IMG/VR virus record: IMGVR_UViG_3300034683_000041
Span: 32,001 to 96,000 of that record
DNA from: a virus
Strand: one strand, 5' to 3'
DNA: 64,000 nt
Below the pieces are notes generated by a model. That model was not told the origin of the DNA. It searched no databases and was given only the letters and a program-made list of their open reading frames with translations. The position numbers and the translations under genes were made by a program. Within the stretch, counting starts at the first letter, position 1; each line of letters begins with the position of its first letter. This document shows, piece by piece, positions 28,159 through 38,240 of this stretch.

Positions 28159-29164
28159 CGGGAAGCTCCTCAACGTCTGAGTTTGAGGCGGTTTTTGGTT
28201 TACGCGAAATCGGAACAATGTCCCAATAAGGTCGCATAGATACGATCTTAACGTCTTCCGTTTCGTAGAGTGCCTGATGTTTGATTGTTCCTCCACGATC
28301 CACCCACGCTATAACTTTAACTTTAGAATCAACTTTTTTGACAAACTCTTTCATAGAAGGAGTATCGTATCCGTCAACAAGCGCACATCTAAAAGGAAGA
28401 AATTGTTCAGTATCAAAATGTGGGGCATTCAATTCTTCTGACCAAAATTCAGACAAATCTAGCTGTGTGTGATAGTAATTTGAGTTGAAATAAGCACAAG
28501 AGTTCCAATCTAATGTTTTAACTACATGAGGTTTGGACAAATATGCTGTTTCCCAATCTTTCATTATGCAGACAATTTCTTCTAACTCACAAAGCGCACG
28601 AACGTTATCTATACGTTTTCCGAATATAGTAGCATCAGAGAACGTTGGAGTAAACCAAATAGAATCTTTTTCAAATAGAAATCCGAATGGATTGTCCTCA
28701 GATTTGAGCACCTCAGTCAAATCTTCAGGATCTTCTCCATACGATTCTATTTCTTCTTTCTGAGCGATTATCTCGGACAGATTTGCCAATTTTCTATTGT
28801 GCGAATTGTCCACAACTACCGTAAGATCATCTTGGTTGTTCGAATTGAATGCAGAGCACAACATGTTGACTCTAACTACGTATGGCTCGTAATCATGAAA
28901 TTTCAAAAACTCTTTTAATTGTAATAAAAATTCTGGATTTTTAAATCTGACGATATGGACTGATAGAGTTGTGGGGACAAACGAAGTCAAAAGTTCGTAG
29001 TCCCCATTGGTTAACACAAACCCATCTTCCAGTCCGGACAATCCAAAATAAAGATAGTTAGCTCCTCGCGCACTAAGAGAAGAAAAGTACAACTTAAATT
29101 GCGAGATAAACTTTTTTAACTTTGGATCTTTTGTTTTCAAACTTGGGGATTTGGGTTTTGTCAT
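28148..29164 (-). CDS. Hypothetical protein
   Basis: 338-aa ORF within the operon. Confidence 0.65.
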   Translation of the reverse strand: MTKPKSPSLKTKDPKLKKFISQFKLYFSSLSARGANYLYFGLSGLEDGFVLTNGDYELLTSFVPTTLSVHIVRFKNPEFLLQLKEFLKFHDYEPYVVRVNMLCSAFNSNNQDDLTVVVDNSHNRKLANLSEIIAQKEEIESYGEDPEDLTEVLKSEDNPFGFLFEKDSIWFTPTFSDATIFGKRIDNVRALCELEEIVCIMKDWETAYLSKPHVVKTLDWNSCAYFNSNYYHTQLDLSEFWSEELNAPHFDTEQFLPFRCALVDGYDTPSMKEFVKKVDSKVKVIAWVDRGGTIKHQALYETEDVKIVSMRPYWDIVPISRKPKTASNSDVEELPDAY

Positions 29165-29175
29165 ACTACTTAAAG

Positions 29176-29934
29176 TTACTCCGAAAGTTGAGCTGTGTCT
29201 ATGATGGGTATAACATCATTTTCATTATGTGTATACTCAGGGATATCTGAAGGGGCATCTTCATTATCTGTGTCTTTTGCACTGAGTATTTCCATATATG
29301 TATTCATGATTTCCAGGAGAGTTGTAAAATTCTCATGTCGATTTTTGATTCGTTCCAAGAAAGGAAGAACTAAAGTTATACTTTCTGCCACATTCTGACG
29401 AATATTGGCCATTTTTTCTTGAGTCGATATAAGGAACTTGACTACCTCTTCAGTCACAAATTCCATAATGACTTGATAATCCTTGCTTTTCCATATTTTA
29501 TTTTTCTTTACCAAAAGCTCTTTGTAGTTTTTGACGATTGCTACATGATCATCGAATACTTCTTTTACCAGAGAAGATGTTTTGTCAAAAGTATCTTTGT
29601 CCATAGCAACAATATCTTTGTCATTAGTCATATCCAAGATAATTGCTCCAGGGACGTACTTCCCATCTACAAAATTCCCTTCGTGTCGGTACACATTAGT
29701 GCGTGCTGTGATGGCAAACGACCCAACATATTTCGCTATATGAGCTATTTGTTCTATACCTTCAAGTAAAGCTACCGCATCATGAAAACTTTTTTCAAGA
29801 TCAATTTTGACTTGTTTGACTGCAGAAGACATCTCTCTAGCAAAATCAATTTGCTTGACTCGACAAATTTTCTTCTTTTGTTCCCGAGACTTTCTTTTTT
29901 TCAGGGCATTGCGTTCTTTTTTCGTATTGGTCAT
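29176..29934 (-). CDS. Hypothetical helical protein with basic N-terminus
   Basis: AAGGAG RBS; K/R-rich start and acidic tail. Confidence 0.65.
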   Translation of the reverse strand: MTNTKKERNALKKRKSREQKKKICRVKQIDFAREMSSAVKQVKIDLEKSFHDAVALLEGIEQIAHIAKYVGSFAITARTNVYRHEGNFVDGKYVPGAIILDMTNDKDIVAMDKDTFDKTSSLVKEVFDDHVAIVKNYKELLVKKNKIWKSKDYQVIMEFVTEEVVKFLISTQEKMANIRQNVAESITLVLPFLERIKNRHENFTTLLEIMNTYMEILSAKDTDNEDAPSDIPEYTHNENDVIPIIDTAQLSE

Positions 29935-30043
29935 GTGTATTCTCCTTGATATGTAAGTAAAATAGTGTTACGCATGTAATGAGTTATACAATTAGAAAAC
30001 TAACAGAGTACTCGCACCATGCGCGAGTACTCTTAAACTAGGT

Positions 30044-30523
30044 TTATTCAACAGGAAGATTCAATTCTACAAAATACAGCCAGAATAAAGCCCGAGCAAC
30101 TTTTGTCTCGTGGGCGTTACGAGAGGTATCCTGAGATTCAGTCTCAGGTTTATCTTTTGCTAAAGTACTCAGTCCGATAGGAAGTTCATCATATTCCTGG
30201 AGCTGAGACATGAAATAACAAAATCTCTGTTCTTCTTTAGTCATGGAGGAACATCTGACAATGTACGCATCACATATTGCGAGAAGTTGAGGTGCTTTCG
30301 CTGCAGCGATTCTGTCTTTGTCTACTTGTTCTTCAACGATACTCGTACAATGTTGCAAAAGATCTTTTCTTGTTTGATTAGTGATGTTGCGATGAATGTA
30401 CTCTTTAAGATAGGATAAGATAACGCTACACCTCATCTGGTATTCTGTTTTCAAAGAGAAATTGTTGCGTATAGTGAGCGCTTCTTTTGTGGCATCCTCT
30501 GTGGAAAAATTCATATCTGACAT
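30044..30523 (-). CDS. Hypothetical protein
   Basis: AGGAG RBS; STE near the N-terminus; hairpin 30005-30033 downstream. Confidence 0.6.
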   Translation of the reverse strand: MSDMNFSTEDATKEALTIRNNFSLKTEYQMRCSVILSYLKEYIHRNITNQTRKDLLQHCTSIVEEQVDKDRIAAAKAPQLLAICDAYIVRCSSMTKEEQRFCYFMSQLQEYDELPIGLSTLAKDKPETESQDTSRNAHETKVARALFWLYFVELNLPVE

Positions 30524-30593
30524 AACAAATACTCCTGTGTTTTTAAACAGTGTTTAGTAGTAGTATGACCATCATACCATAGGAGAACTTATC

Positions 30594-32729
30594 ATGGAAC
30601 CGACTGTCGAAAAAGGTGTCTATCGCCCAAAATTGTTAACTAAATATATCGACAACCAAGTAAAATATCTTAAGACACTACATCCTAACGCTCCGTATGA
30701 AAAAGTACGGGAATTAGTAGTGACTGAAGTTAAACAAAAATTGAAAAGACCTAAAGCTACTATCATACATCATCCTTCTCCAGGCAACTCAGAACTCAAA
30801 AAAGTGGATCTACTCACACACATACAAGAACATTCTCACAGGATCATCACTCCAAGTGGAACCATATTCTACTCTACAGATGAGAAACATGCCTTCGACA
30901 AACAATTCATCGATAACTTACGAGAAGGTAGAAATAAAGCTAAAAAGGCCATGCTCAAATATAAGAGTGAAGGAGATCTTATTCGCGCAGGTAGTAAGAA
31001 CAACGAACAAGCAACTAAGAAGATACGAGTCAACTCTATCATAGGAAGTAACGGTAACGACCAAAACGCTATGTATGACCAAGAAGCGTTTTGTGGAGTT
31101 ACATCTTTAGCTCGACACGGCATCATCTCAGCATATGCATTCACAGAGAGATTTCTTACTTCTAATTTTTACTTCCCAGATTTTGAATCTGTTATAAACT
31201 GCATCGTCACAAGTGCATCTCATTGTCCTTCGGAAAAAACAATCATGTCACTCGTTAAAAAATACAATCTCTCTATTCCGTTACCTTGTGATGTAGCAGA
31301 GATATTCGTCAATTGTTTGCACATGTATGTTCCGTATTCTCCGAAACACGAAAGACACATATCTACGATGATAGAAAATCTTTCGCTGCATGAGAGAATT
31401 TTTATATTTTATTCAAGAAATCTCTACAACTTATTTACTAATAATGATTCATTTTGGAAATCGTGGATGAAAGATTTCTTCAATACAGGAAGTACCATTT
31501 CAGAAGAAGACCTATCTTCGTGTACAGCAGATGACCTTTGGACTATTGACAAAGATCTTTTGCAAGTTATAGCTACTCTGGAAAAAGATAAACTTGCGGG
31601 TATGCAGATAACAGATACTCCAAGTAAATCTCCGGAAATAGCAAAATATCTTGCAGCGATAGGAAAACGATTACAATCCAAATTGGACGATATATCTGAT
31701 CTTATTGATGTATTCTTGCACAGTGAAACATTTATGTCCAATATTCATTACCAGCGATCTATTGTGCGAAAATGCGTAGCTATTTCAGATACAGACTCGG
31801 TTATATTCACCACGTATCATCTTCTTAAATGGTACCTTAATGGAACATTTAAATTTGTTACGGAAACCTATCACGCAAACGCACTTATCGTGTATCTTAT
31901 CACAAAATCGATCGGTTCTTTCATCAGGAAGATGAGTATCTCTAGAGGAGCTACTGGAGATAACATAGATGTGATTGAAATGAAGAACGAGTACATGTAT
32001 CCTGTACTTATTAAAACTGCACTAGGCAAACACTATGCAGGTACGTACACCATACAGGAAGGGAACTTCCTTCCTAAGCCAACACTCGATATCAAAGGTG
32101 TATCGTTCATGTCATCTAAAACACCTAGTGTAACTCATGAATTTACTAAAAAACTCATAGAAGACATACAAGAAGATGTACTTAACCATACTGAAGTATA
32201 TCTTAGTGATTACATATACAGAGTGTACGAATATGAACAAACCATCTTCCAATCTCTCAAATCCGGAGAATTTACATATTTCAACAACGAAACTATACGA
32301 CACGCAAGTGAATACAAAAAGCCAGAAGCATCTATATATGCCAACTATCTATTCTGGAAAGAAGTATTTGCAGATAAATACGGGGATATTAATATTCCTA
32401 CGAAAGCATACATGATACCTGTATACGGAAAGTTATTCCGAAATGCGGACTATCTGAAATATGTTAAATCTGTAGATGCAAATGTCCATGATAGACTGGT
32501 TAGATATATAGAAAAACTTCCTAAAAATAAAACTATCAATAGGATACCCTTGCCAACCACAATATCTGGACTTCCGAAGGAAATAGAACCTATACTGTAC
32601 CTCAGAGATATCGTGTATAAAAACACAGCAGCAGCACAACTGACTCTGAAGTCTATCGGTGCAGATCTCGGGTTCGCTAAACGAAGACCACTGTTCTCGG
32701 ACATGTATAGTTTCTCAGTAGTACGTTAA
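30594..32729 (+). CDS. DNA polymerase, family B, catalytic subunit of the phiKZ-type split enzyme
   Basis: KKIRVNSIIG (motif B, KxxxNSxxG), ISDTDSVIF (motif C), KHYAG and DIKGV. No exonuclease motifs seen. Confidence 0.85.
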   Translation: MEPTVEKGVYRPKLLTKYIDNQVKYLKTLHPNAPYEKVRELVVTEVKQKLKRPKATIIHHPSPGNSELKKVDLLTHIQEHSHRIITPSGTIFYSTDEKHAFDKQFIDNLREGRNKAKKAMLKYKSEGDLIRAGSKNNEQATKKIRVNSIIGSNGNDQNAMYDQEAFCGVTSLARHGIISAYAFTERFLTSNFYFPDFESVINCIVTSASHCPSEKTIMSLVKKYNLSIPLPCDVAEIFVNCLHMYVPYSPKHERHISTMIENLSLHERIFIFYSRNLYNLFTNNDSFWKSWMKDFFNTGSTISEEDLSSCTADDLWTIDKDLLQVIATLEKDKLAGMQITDTPSKSPEIAKYLAAIGKRLQSKLDDISDLIDVFLHSETFMSNIHYQRSIVRKCVAISDTDSVIFTTYHLLKWYLNGTFKFVTETYHANALIVYLITKSIGSFIRKMSISRGATGDNIDVIEMKNEYMYPVLIKTALGKHYAGTYTIQEGNFLPKPTLDIKGVSFMSSKTPSVTHEFTKKLIEDIQEDVLNHTEVYLSDYIYRVYEYEQTIFQSLKSGEFTYFNNETIRHASEYKKPEASIYANYLFWKEVFADKYGDINIPTKAYMIPVYGKLFRNADYLKYVKSVDANVHDRLVRYIEKLPKNKTINRIPLPTTISGLPKEIEPILYLRDIVYKNTAAAQLTLKSIGADLGFAKRRPLFSDMYSFSVVR

Positions 32730-32736
32730 TTGACAA

Positions 32737-32770
32737 CATCTAAGGTACCCTATCAAGGGTACCTTAGATG
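32737..32770. terminator. Bidirectional terminator
   Basis: catctaaggtaccct-atca-agggtaccttagatg between convergent genes. Confidence 0.7.
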
Positions 32771-32771
32771 A

Positions 32772-33458
32772 TTAGACGTTAGTTTGAAGTTTAAGTTTTT
32801 CGATGATATATTCCATCTCAATTCTTCTTACATCGGATTCTCGTTTAGTCCATTCAAAATGATAATCTACTTTGTTTTTCTTAAACTTAGATTCAAAGTA
32901 ATCGATCGTCTCGGAAGGAAACTTATTATACGTTCCTGCAAAAGACGCTGCTCTCCAGAATCCGATAACTCCTTCAGCATCAATAACGTCTGCATCGAAT
33001 AAAAGATCGGTCGAAGTTGAAGTATATTCTCGGGACAAAATGTGACAAGGGAAATATTCTGGACATCCATAACCCGAAGATTCATGGTAGTCGTATGATC
33101 CCATGATGATAGTAGAATACACGTCTAAAGCAAGGTTCGGATAGATCTCTCTGACTATAGAAAATTCAGGCAAATCAGAGATAGAATCTGCGGCTATGCT
33201 TGCAGATTTTACAACATCTTCTCCTCTCGCTTTGGTTTTGTTTTGTACTACATCATGAAAAATAGCACCAAGTTTTGCCACATAACTATCGTACAAAGTA
33301 ACGATAGTTTTTTCAGTATCTGTAAGATTTGTCAGGATTGTCTCTATATTAGCAAGTACACGAGCTACGTGTACTTGCCCATGTGAACTATCTGTTATGT
33401 ACGTATCTGCTATTCTTTTAGCGTGATGTAATGTTGTAACGATTTCTTTCTGTAACAT
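32772..33458 (-). CDS. HD-domain phosphohydrolase
   Basis: SHGQVHVARV, AIFHDV and LFDADVIDAEG. Confidence 0.85.
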   Translation of the reverse strand: MLQKEIVTTLHHAKRIADTYITDSSHGQVHVARVLANIETILTNLTDTEKTIVTLYDSYVAKLGAIFHDVVQNKTKARGEDVVKSASIAADSISDLPEFSIVREIYPNLALDVYSTIIMGSYDYHESSGYGCPEYFPCHILSREYTSTSTDLLFDADVIDAEGVIGFWRAASFAGTYNKFPSETIDYFESKFKKNKVDYHFEWTKRESDVRRIEMEYIIEKLKLQTNV

Positions 33459-33464
33459 CTAGAG

Positions 33465-33914
33465 CTAGTCCTTTTTGTTTTTAAGCGGAAGTTCGGCTCC
33501 ATGCTTTGCGAGATTGTCCGCCGCTTCATTACCAGGATCACCGTTGTGTCCTCTTACCCATTTGAATTTTACTTTAGTATGTCTGCGGATGGCTCTTTGT
33601 AGTTCTTTCCATTCTTCTTGATTTTTGACAGGCGTATTATTACTTGTCTTCCATCCTTTCTTTTCCCAATTGTCTATCCATTTCTTTTCAAACGCATTAA
33701 CTACATATTGACTATCGGAACGGACCTCTACATGTCTTGGTTCTTCGATTGAGTCAAGTCCACGCGTTACGGCAAGTATTTCCATACGGTTATTAGTAGT
33801 TGCAAGTTCTCCACCAACGACAACGTGTCCTTCATCAGATATCGCAGCATATCCGCCATTATCGTTGGCGCTAAAATAGCTTCCATCAGTATACAACTTA
33901 AGGGGTTTTTTCAT
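33465..33914 (-). CDS. rnhA: Ribonuclease HI
   Basis: YTDGS, TTNNRME, SDSQYV, PVKN and WVRGHNGDPGNEAADNLA. Confidence 0.97.
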   Translation of the reverse strand: MKKPLKLYTDGSYFSANDNGGYAAISDEGHVVVGGELATTNNRMEILAVTRGLDSIEEPRHVEVRSDSQYVVNAFEKKWIDNWEKKGWKTSNNTPVKNQEEWKELQRAIRRHTKVKFKWVRGHNGDPGNEAADNLAKHGAELPLKNKKD

Positions 33915-34035
33915 AGTTTTTCTCCCTGTATTATCTTTAAGATATCTAAGTTTTTACATACTAGGATCTACCACATGTGGTAGATCCTAGATGGTTTACT
34001 GTGTAACGGTATAGGGAGGAGTGTGTCATCATTGA

Positions 34036-34614
34036 TTACTTTAAGTAAGCCAGAATTCCAAGTCCTGCACCAAGTACAGACAAAACAAAAGCTACTACTT
34101 TCCAAGATCTGACGATGAATTCTAATATCACGTCAACTTTAGTTTTTTGTTTAGTCAGTGCATTTACAGAGACCTGAAGTTTATCTAGCTCTTTATGTAT
34201 GGATTCAAGTTCGGTGTGAACCAATTCGCCATTCTGTCCCAATTGACTCAATTTGTTCCGAAGTATTACTGCATTCTGAATAATTTTCTGAAATCGGATA
34301 TCGCAATCAGGACGTTTCTCATTGAGAATAGTCACACTTAAGTTAATAGTTTCGAGTTTTTCACAGACCTTTACTAGATCTGTTCTGAGCAAATCGATAT
34401 TCTTTTGCTGGTCTCTCAGGGTTTGTTTGTGGTTAGATACTGCCTGTTGTAACTTCGAGATAGTATTTCGCATATGCGAAACGTTAACAGATAGTTCTTT
34501 AACGTCTTCTATGAGTTGCATTTGTCGTACTTGAGAAGTTCGGCTTTGCAGTACCACATCTTGTAACACCTGACCCAGCCTTAACGATCGATCCTGATCT
34601 TCAGGCATAACCAC
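34036..34614 (-). CDS. Coiled-coil protein with a C-terminal transmembrane helix (lysis-cassette accessory)
   Basis: Heptad repeats followed by VVAFVLSVLGAGLGILAYL; downstream of the holin-like gene. Confidence 0.6.
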   Translation of the reverse strand: MVMPEDQDRSLRLGQVLQDVVLQSRTSQVRQMQLIEDVKELSVNVSHMRNTISKLQQAVSNHKQTLRDQQKNIDLLRTDLVKVCEKLETINLSVTILNEKRPDCDIRFQKIIQNAVILRNKLSQLGQNGELVHTELESIHKELDKLQVSVNALTKQKTKVDVILEFIVRSWKVVAFVLSVLGAGLGILAYLK

Positions 34615-34630
34615 TCCCTATATTTTCGTA

Positions 34631-34870
34631 TTATCTCCGCCAAAGATTACAGTACTCCCCAGGTTTGCTCTCTACGTAATTAGCGGAAGCTAACTCATGT
34701 TTTATTTGCGCTAACCCAAGAACAATCTCTGACCCAATTGCCCGACACTGTTTTATTTGATGATTTATCTCAGCAACCAGTTCTATTGCTTCGTCTGTCT
34801 CTGAGTTCATTGCTCTTAGATATTCTACACACAATTCCAACGAACACACGATATCTTCGGATGTGTTCAT
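34631..34870 (-). CDS. Small hypothetical protein
   Basis: GGAGG RBS before ATG 34870. Confidence 0.5.
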   Translation of the reverse strand: MNTSEDIVCSLELCVEYLRAMNSETDEAIELVAEINHQIKQCRAIGSEIVLGLAQIKHELASANYVESKPGEYCNLWRR

Positions 34871-34906
34871 TATGCCCTCCATCCCCCAAAGCTCAATGAA
34901 CCGACC

Positions 34907-35548
34907 TTATTTTTTAACTAAATCAGTAAATCTTTTCTTCCAATCCTTAGGAGTTTTAGAAGATGTATTTACCTCCGACGAATCTTTCGAACTACCAGAA
35001 AAGCTGGTACCAAAGAAAAATCCGACAATGATCATCAAAATGTTGTCAGTAGAAGGGATCATTTGGGCTGCAAGATTGGTATTGATATATGCTTCAGGAA
35101 CAAGCATAACTACGAATTTGATAAGATAGTTCAGCAAAATCAACAGTATCCCTAAATGGTAGACTCTCTTACTATTAGCAAGAAGTCCTTCTACTGCTGT
35201 TTGATTTCCAGTTCTAGCAGCATCGACTACTGCTCTAGTAACTGAGTTTTGCATGTCTCTGGCATCAGCTCTATCTTCGTTGGCTAATCGCTGAGATTCT
35301 AGAGCCAGTTCTTTTAATTTGATCTGATTTTCGTTTATACATTTGGTTAATGTCTCCATTTCTTCTGAAGAAAACTCTCGCACATCTCCAGAAGAATCTA
35401 CCATAGGGATACCAGTTTTCTCTTCTATAAAAGTTTGAACTTTTTCAACACCTTTTTCAGTAGCTCCCTTCATAAAGTCAGAAGCAACATCACAACCTGC
35501 ATTGATAAGAGTTCCTAGTACTGTTCCAAGAATGGATGTTAAAATCAT
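34907..35548 (-). CDS. Holin-like membrane protein (3TM holin-type)
   Basis: DRADARDMQ, two C-terminal hydrophobic segments ending IVGFFFGTS, and adjacent to the endolysin. Confidence 0.65.
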   Translation of the reverse strand: MILTSILGTVLGTLINAGCDVASDFMKGATEKGVEKVQTFIEEKTGIPMVDSSGDVREFSSEEMETLTKCINENQIKLKELALESQRLANEDRADARDMQNSVTRAVVDAARTGNQTAVEGLLANSKRVYHLGILLILLNYLIKFVVMLVPEAYINTNLAAQMIPSTDNILMIIVGFFFGTSFSGSSKDSSEVNTSSKTPKDWKKRFTDLVKK

Positions 35549-35651
35549 AAGTCATTCCCCGTTCGATGTATCATGATTAATAATCATATTATCCGGTAAT
35601 AAAAAAGTAGAACTTCCCCCAATAAAGGGAAGTTCTACTATCGAAGATTTA

Positions 35652-36134
35652 TCAGATTTCTAAAAAGATGATCGATCCTTCAGGATCATACATGTTTCCT
35701 ATATCGAAATGGAACCAGGAAATAGCTTTTCCTTTTAACCTGTGTTCTACACGATGGATGTGTTCAAAATGGGCTAACTTGGTATTGCTACGATATCCTT
35801 TTTTATTAGCTCCATCTTTCAACATTTCTTGCCGTATTTCTTCTGCAGTAGCATTTTTAAAATTGGCATCTATGGCATTGCCAGATTTGTGCAAAGAGAA
35901 CGCTGCTCCTTGCGTGCAATCAAAAGGTCTCCAAGCACGATACTGTAGTCCTCCACCATATTGCCAGTTATTGATTGTTATAGGACCATATCGTTTTCGC
36001 AAAAGATCACATGTGAGTAGAACTACTGGGTTAAACAAAAAGTAGATCTTAGATAGGTTACCTAATTTTTTAGCGTGTTCGTAGATGTGTTTAGGAACAA
36101 GTTCATGCGGTCTGATATACTTAGGAGTATACAT
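35652..36134 (-). CDS. Endolysin, peptidase M15 (Hedgehog/DD-peptidase fold)
   Basis: LRKRYGPITINNW, SLHKSGNAID (SxHxxGxAxD) and WFHFD zinc ligands. Confidence 0.8.
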   Translation of the reverse strand: MYTPKYIRPHELVPKHIYEHAKKLGNLSKIYFLFNPVVLLTCDLLRKRYGPITINNWQYGGGLQYRAWRPFDCTQGAAFSLHKSGNAIDANFKNATAEEIRQEMLKDGANKKGYRSNTKLAHFEHIHRVEHRLKGKAISWFHFDIGNMYDPEGSIIFLEI

Positions 36135-36146
36135 GAAAATTTCTCC

Positions 36147-36776
36147 TTAAATATCCGATGCGTTAACGGATGATAATCTTATCTGATTCAAGTACGGATC
36201 AGTCATACACGGGATCCATTTTGTAGCGACATCCCCTTCTTCTAACTTCAAGCGTTTGATGATCGCTTCTTCTTCTTCTGATGCTGCCAGATGTTCTATG
36301 CAGAAAGCTGCACCAGATATACCTTCCGGTATATGAAGTTGACGAATAACTCGCATATCCAATGTACTAGGAGCATCATAGATAATTTCACGGGAATGTG
36401 CTTCCAGGGTATTTAAATGTTCGTCTTTCTGATATAAAACCGTGATTCGTATATTGGATACGGAATCAAAATACCCACTAAAAGTGTAGATACCTCCACT
36501 TTGTACCGGGATAGAAATACAGGTCATTCCAGTACCTTCATCATTCCCTTTAGTTACAAAATACGAGAAATCATCTATCATGAAATTATCTCGAAAATTG
36601 ATCGTACGTGGAGTGTGTTCCCACCCATGGGTATTCATCATTCCTGTAGAATTGTATATCAGATTTGGATTTATCTCTTTTAAAACAGAATCATCATGTT
36701 TATCACTTCCATGAATCGGAACATCCCCAGGTTCAGTAGAACCCCCAGAAGGTAATAACCAACCAAATTGCCACAT
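36147..36776 (-). CDS. Tail-associated protein with a galactose-binding-like jelly roll
   Basis: NLIYNS ... YTFSGY ... LKLEEGDVATKWIP, typical of phage tail carbohydrate-binding modules. Confidence 0.55.
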   Translation of the reverse strand: MWQFGWLLPSGGSTEPGDVPIHGSDKHDDSVLKEINPNLIYNSTGMMNTHGWEHTPRTINFRDNFMIDDFSYFVTKGNDEGTGMTCISIPVQSGGIYTFSGYFDSVSNIRITVLYQKDEHLNTLEAHSREIIYDAPSTLDMRVIRQLHIPEGISGAAFCIEHLAASEEEEAIIKRLKLEEGDVATKWIPCMTDPYLNQIRLSSVNASDI

Positions 36777-36785
36777 AGTTCACTC

Positions 36786-37247
36786 CTAGATGACCAAAGG
36801 ATGAAACGCTATGGTATTCAAGTTTTCTGTATCCATGTTCTGCAGAGTATACGTAATAAATCTACAAGGAGGAAACTGTATCTGTTCGTGCACTATATCC
36901 TGTGCGGCAAGCTCGATGGTCTTATCAAGTTCAAAATACAGACTTGTAGTGTTTTGATTTGAGATAGGCCCGATTCTCTGGAACAACGGTTTAGGAAGAT
37001 ATCCAAAAATGTCAGAAGGTAAAGCTACAGGATAATTAGAATATGCAAAACTGATCTTTGTAGCATGTGTTGAAGTCGCTTGTATTGTGATAAGTCCAAA
37101 ACTTGCATTAAACTGCATAAGGTCGATCGTGTGGGATACATTTCCTGAGGGTTTAAGGATCAAGTATGCACCATCTTCAGAAACATATTTGATCGAAGGA
37201 TTGTTTCGTATTTTAGAACTGTCTATGTGTGGGATAAGAAAAGCCAT
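36786..37247 (-). CDS. Hypothetical beta-rich protein
   Basis: GGAGG RBS; in the tail/lysis block. Confidence 0.6.
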   Translation of the reverse strand: MAFLIPHIDSSKIRNNPSIKYVSEDGAYLILKPSGNVSHTIDLMQFNASFGLITIQATSTHATKISFAYSNYPVALPSDIFGYLPKPLFQRIGPISNQNTTSLYFELDKTIELAAQDIVHEQIQFPPCRFITYTLQNMDTENLNTIAFHPLVI

Positions 37248-37312
37248 TATAAACCTCCACTGGAGTTATTGAGAACTTGTTATTGCATAAGATAACTCCA
37301 TAGCTATAGAAG

Positions 37313-37348
37313 TATGAGATATCTCTCCCGAAGGAGAGATATCTCATA
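37313..37348 (-). terminator. Stem-loop terminator with a UUCG loop on the - strand
   Basis: tatgagatatctctcc-cgaa-ggagagatatctcata, perfect 16-bp stem. Confidence 0.75.
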
Positions 37349-37365
37349 TTAATAGAGTTTAGTTT

Positions 37366-38073
37366 TTACACTGCGCTAAGTGCAGCGGTCTGAGCGGCAT
37401 TGTATCCCTGGAAATGGATAGCATCGGTGATACGGATCGCATCAGTTGCAAGAGTTGCAACAGTGTCACGTTCTTCGATCGTCATCTTAACGAAGCTAGT
37501 ACCATCTGCAATGACATCCAGGGTGTCCTCTGTTTTCGAGAACTTGTCAGCAAGCTGAGCATCCAGGTCAAGGGATTCCTTCTCACCGATCTTTTCCCAT
37601 TCGCCAGCGCCTTCTGCACCTGCAGCGTTCCACACGTACTGAGCACTGCTAGCAGTAACGGTGGGATCAGCAGAAGCATCCAGAACAAAGATCAGACCGT
37701 CACGCTGTTCATCGACCAGCGCATCACGGGCTGTGATGTCAGCAACGAACTTAACAGCACCGCTAACAACACCTGCAGGAAGAAGATCCAGGGGGATCTT
37801 ACCTCCGCCATCCAGCTGAAGAAGGCCGTTGGCGGCGTTGGCATTGTCCAGCATAGCACGCTGAGCTGTCGTCAGCGTAGCTTCGATCAGATTGCCCAGA
37901 TCGTTATACCGAGTAACTCCGTCACCAATTTTGATAAAACCGGTATCGGAATCCATAGCCATGAACCCTTCCATAAGAATCGGGTTATGACTTGCCCACG
38001 CTGCACCAGTATCTACACCGATGGATACTGCTGCCGGGAAACTCTTAACATCAGGAGCGTAATTAAAAGCCAT
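37366..38073 (-). CDS. Fibre or decoration protein with an Mtd-N / hyaluronidase-N-like domain
   Basis: WASHNPILMEG...DSDTGFIKIGDGVTRYNDL, LQLDGGGKIP and VADITARDAL...VLDASAD; GAGAGG RBS before ATG 38073. Confidence 0.7.
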   Translation of the reverse strand: MAFNYAPDVKSFPAAVSIGVDTGAAWASHNPILMEGFMAMDSDTGFIKIGDGVTRYNDLGNLIEATLTTAQRAMLDNANAANGLLQLDGGGKIPLDLLPAGVVSGAVKFVADITARDALVDEQRDGLIFVLDASADPTVTASSAQYVWNAAGAEGAGEWEKIGEKESLDLDAQLADKFSKTEDTLDVIADGTSFVKMTIEERDTVATLATDAIRITDAIHFQGYNAAQTAALSAV

Positions 38074-38240
38074 GATAAACCTCTCAAAATAGATTGTTTT
38101 TCTTGACACCATGTCAAGCAATGTTACACGCGTGTAGTCCCCACAATTATCTTCACAATCTAGAGAAGAAAATAGTTGAGATTCCACATAGAATATTACA
38201 TATATTAAGTGTACCTAAATGTGGTACACTTAATATATCT

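Noticed and set aside
28159-28296. N-terminal extension of the 743-aa ORF
   Set aside because: It overlaps the upstream gene; ATG 28158 has a clear AGGAG RBS.
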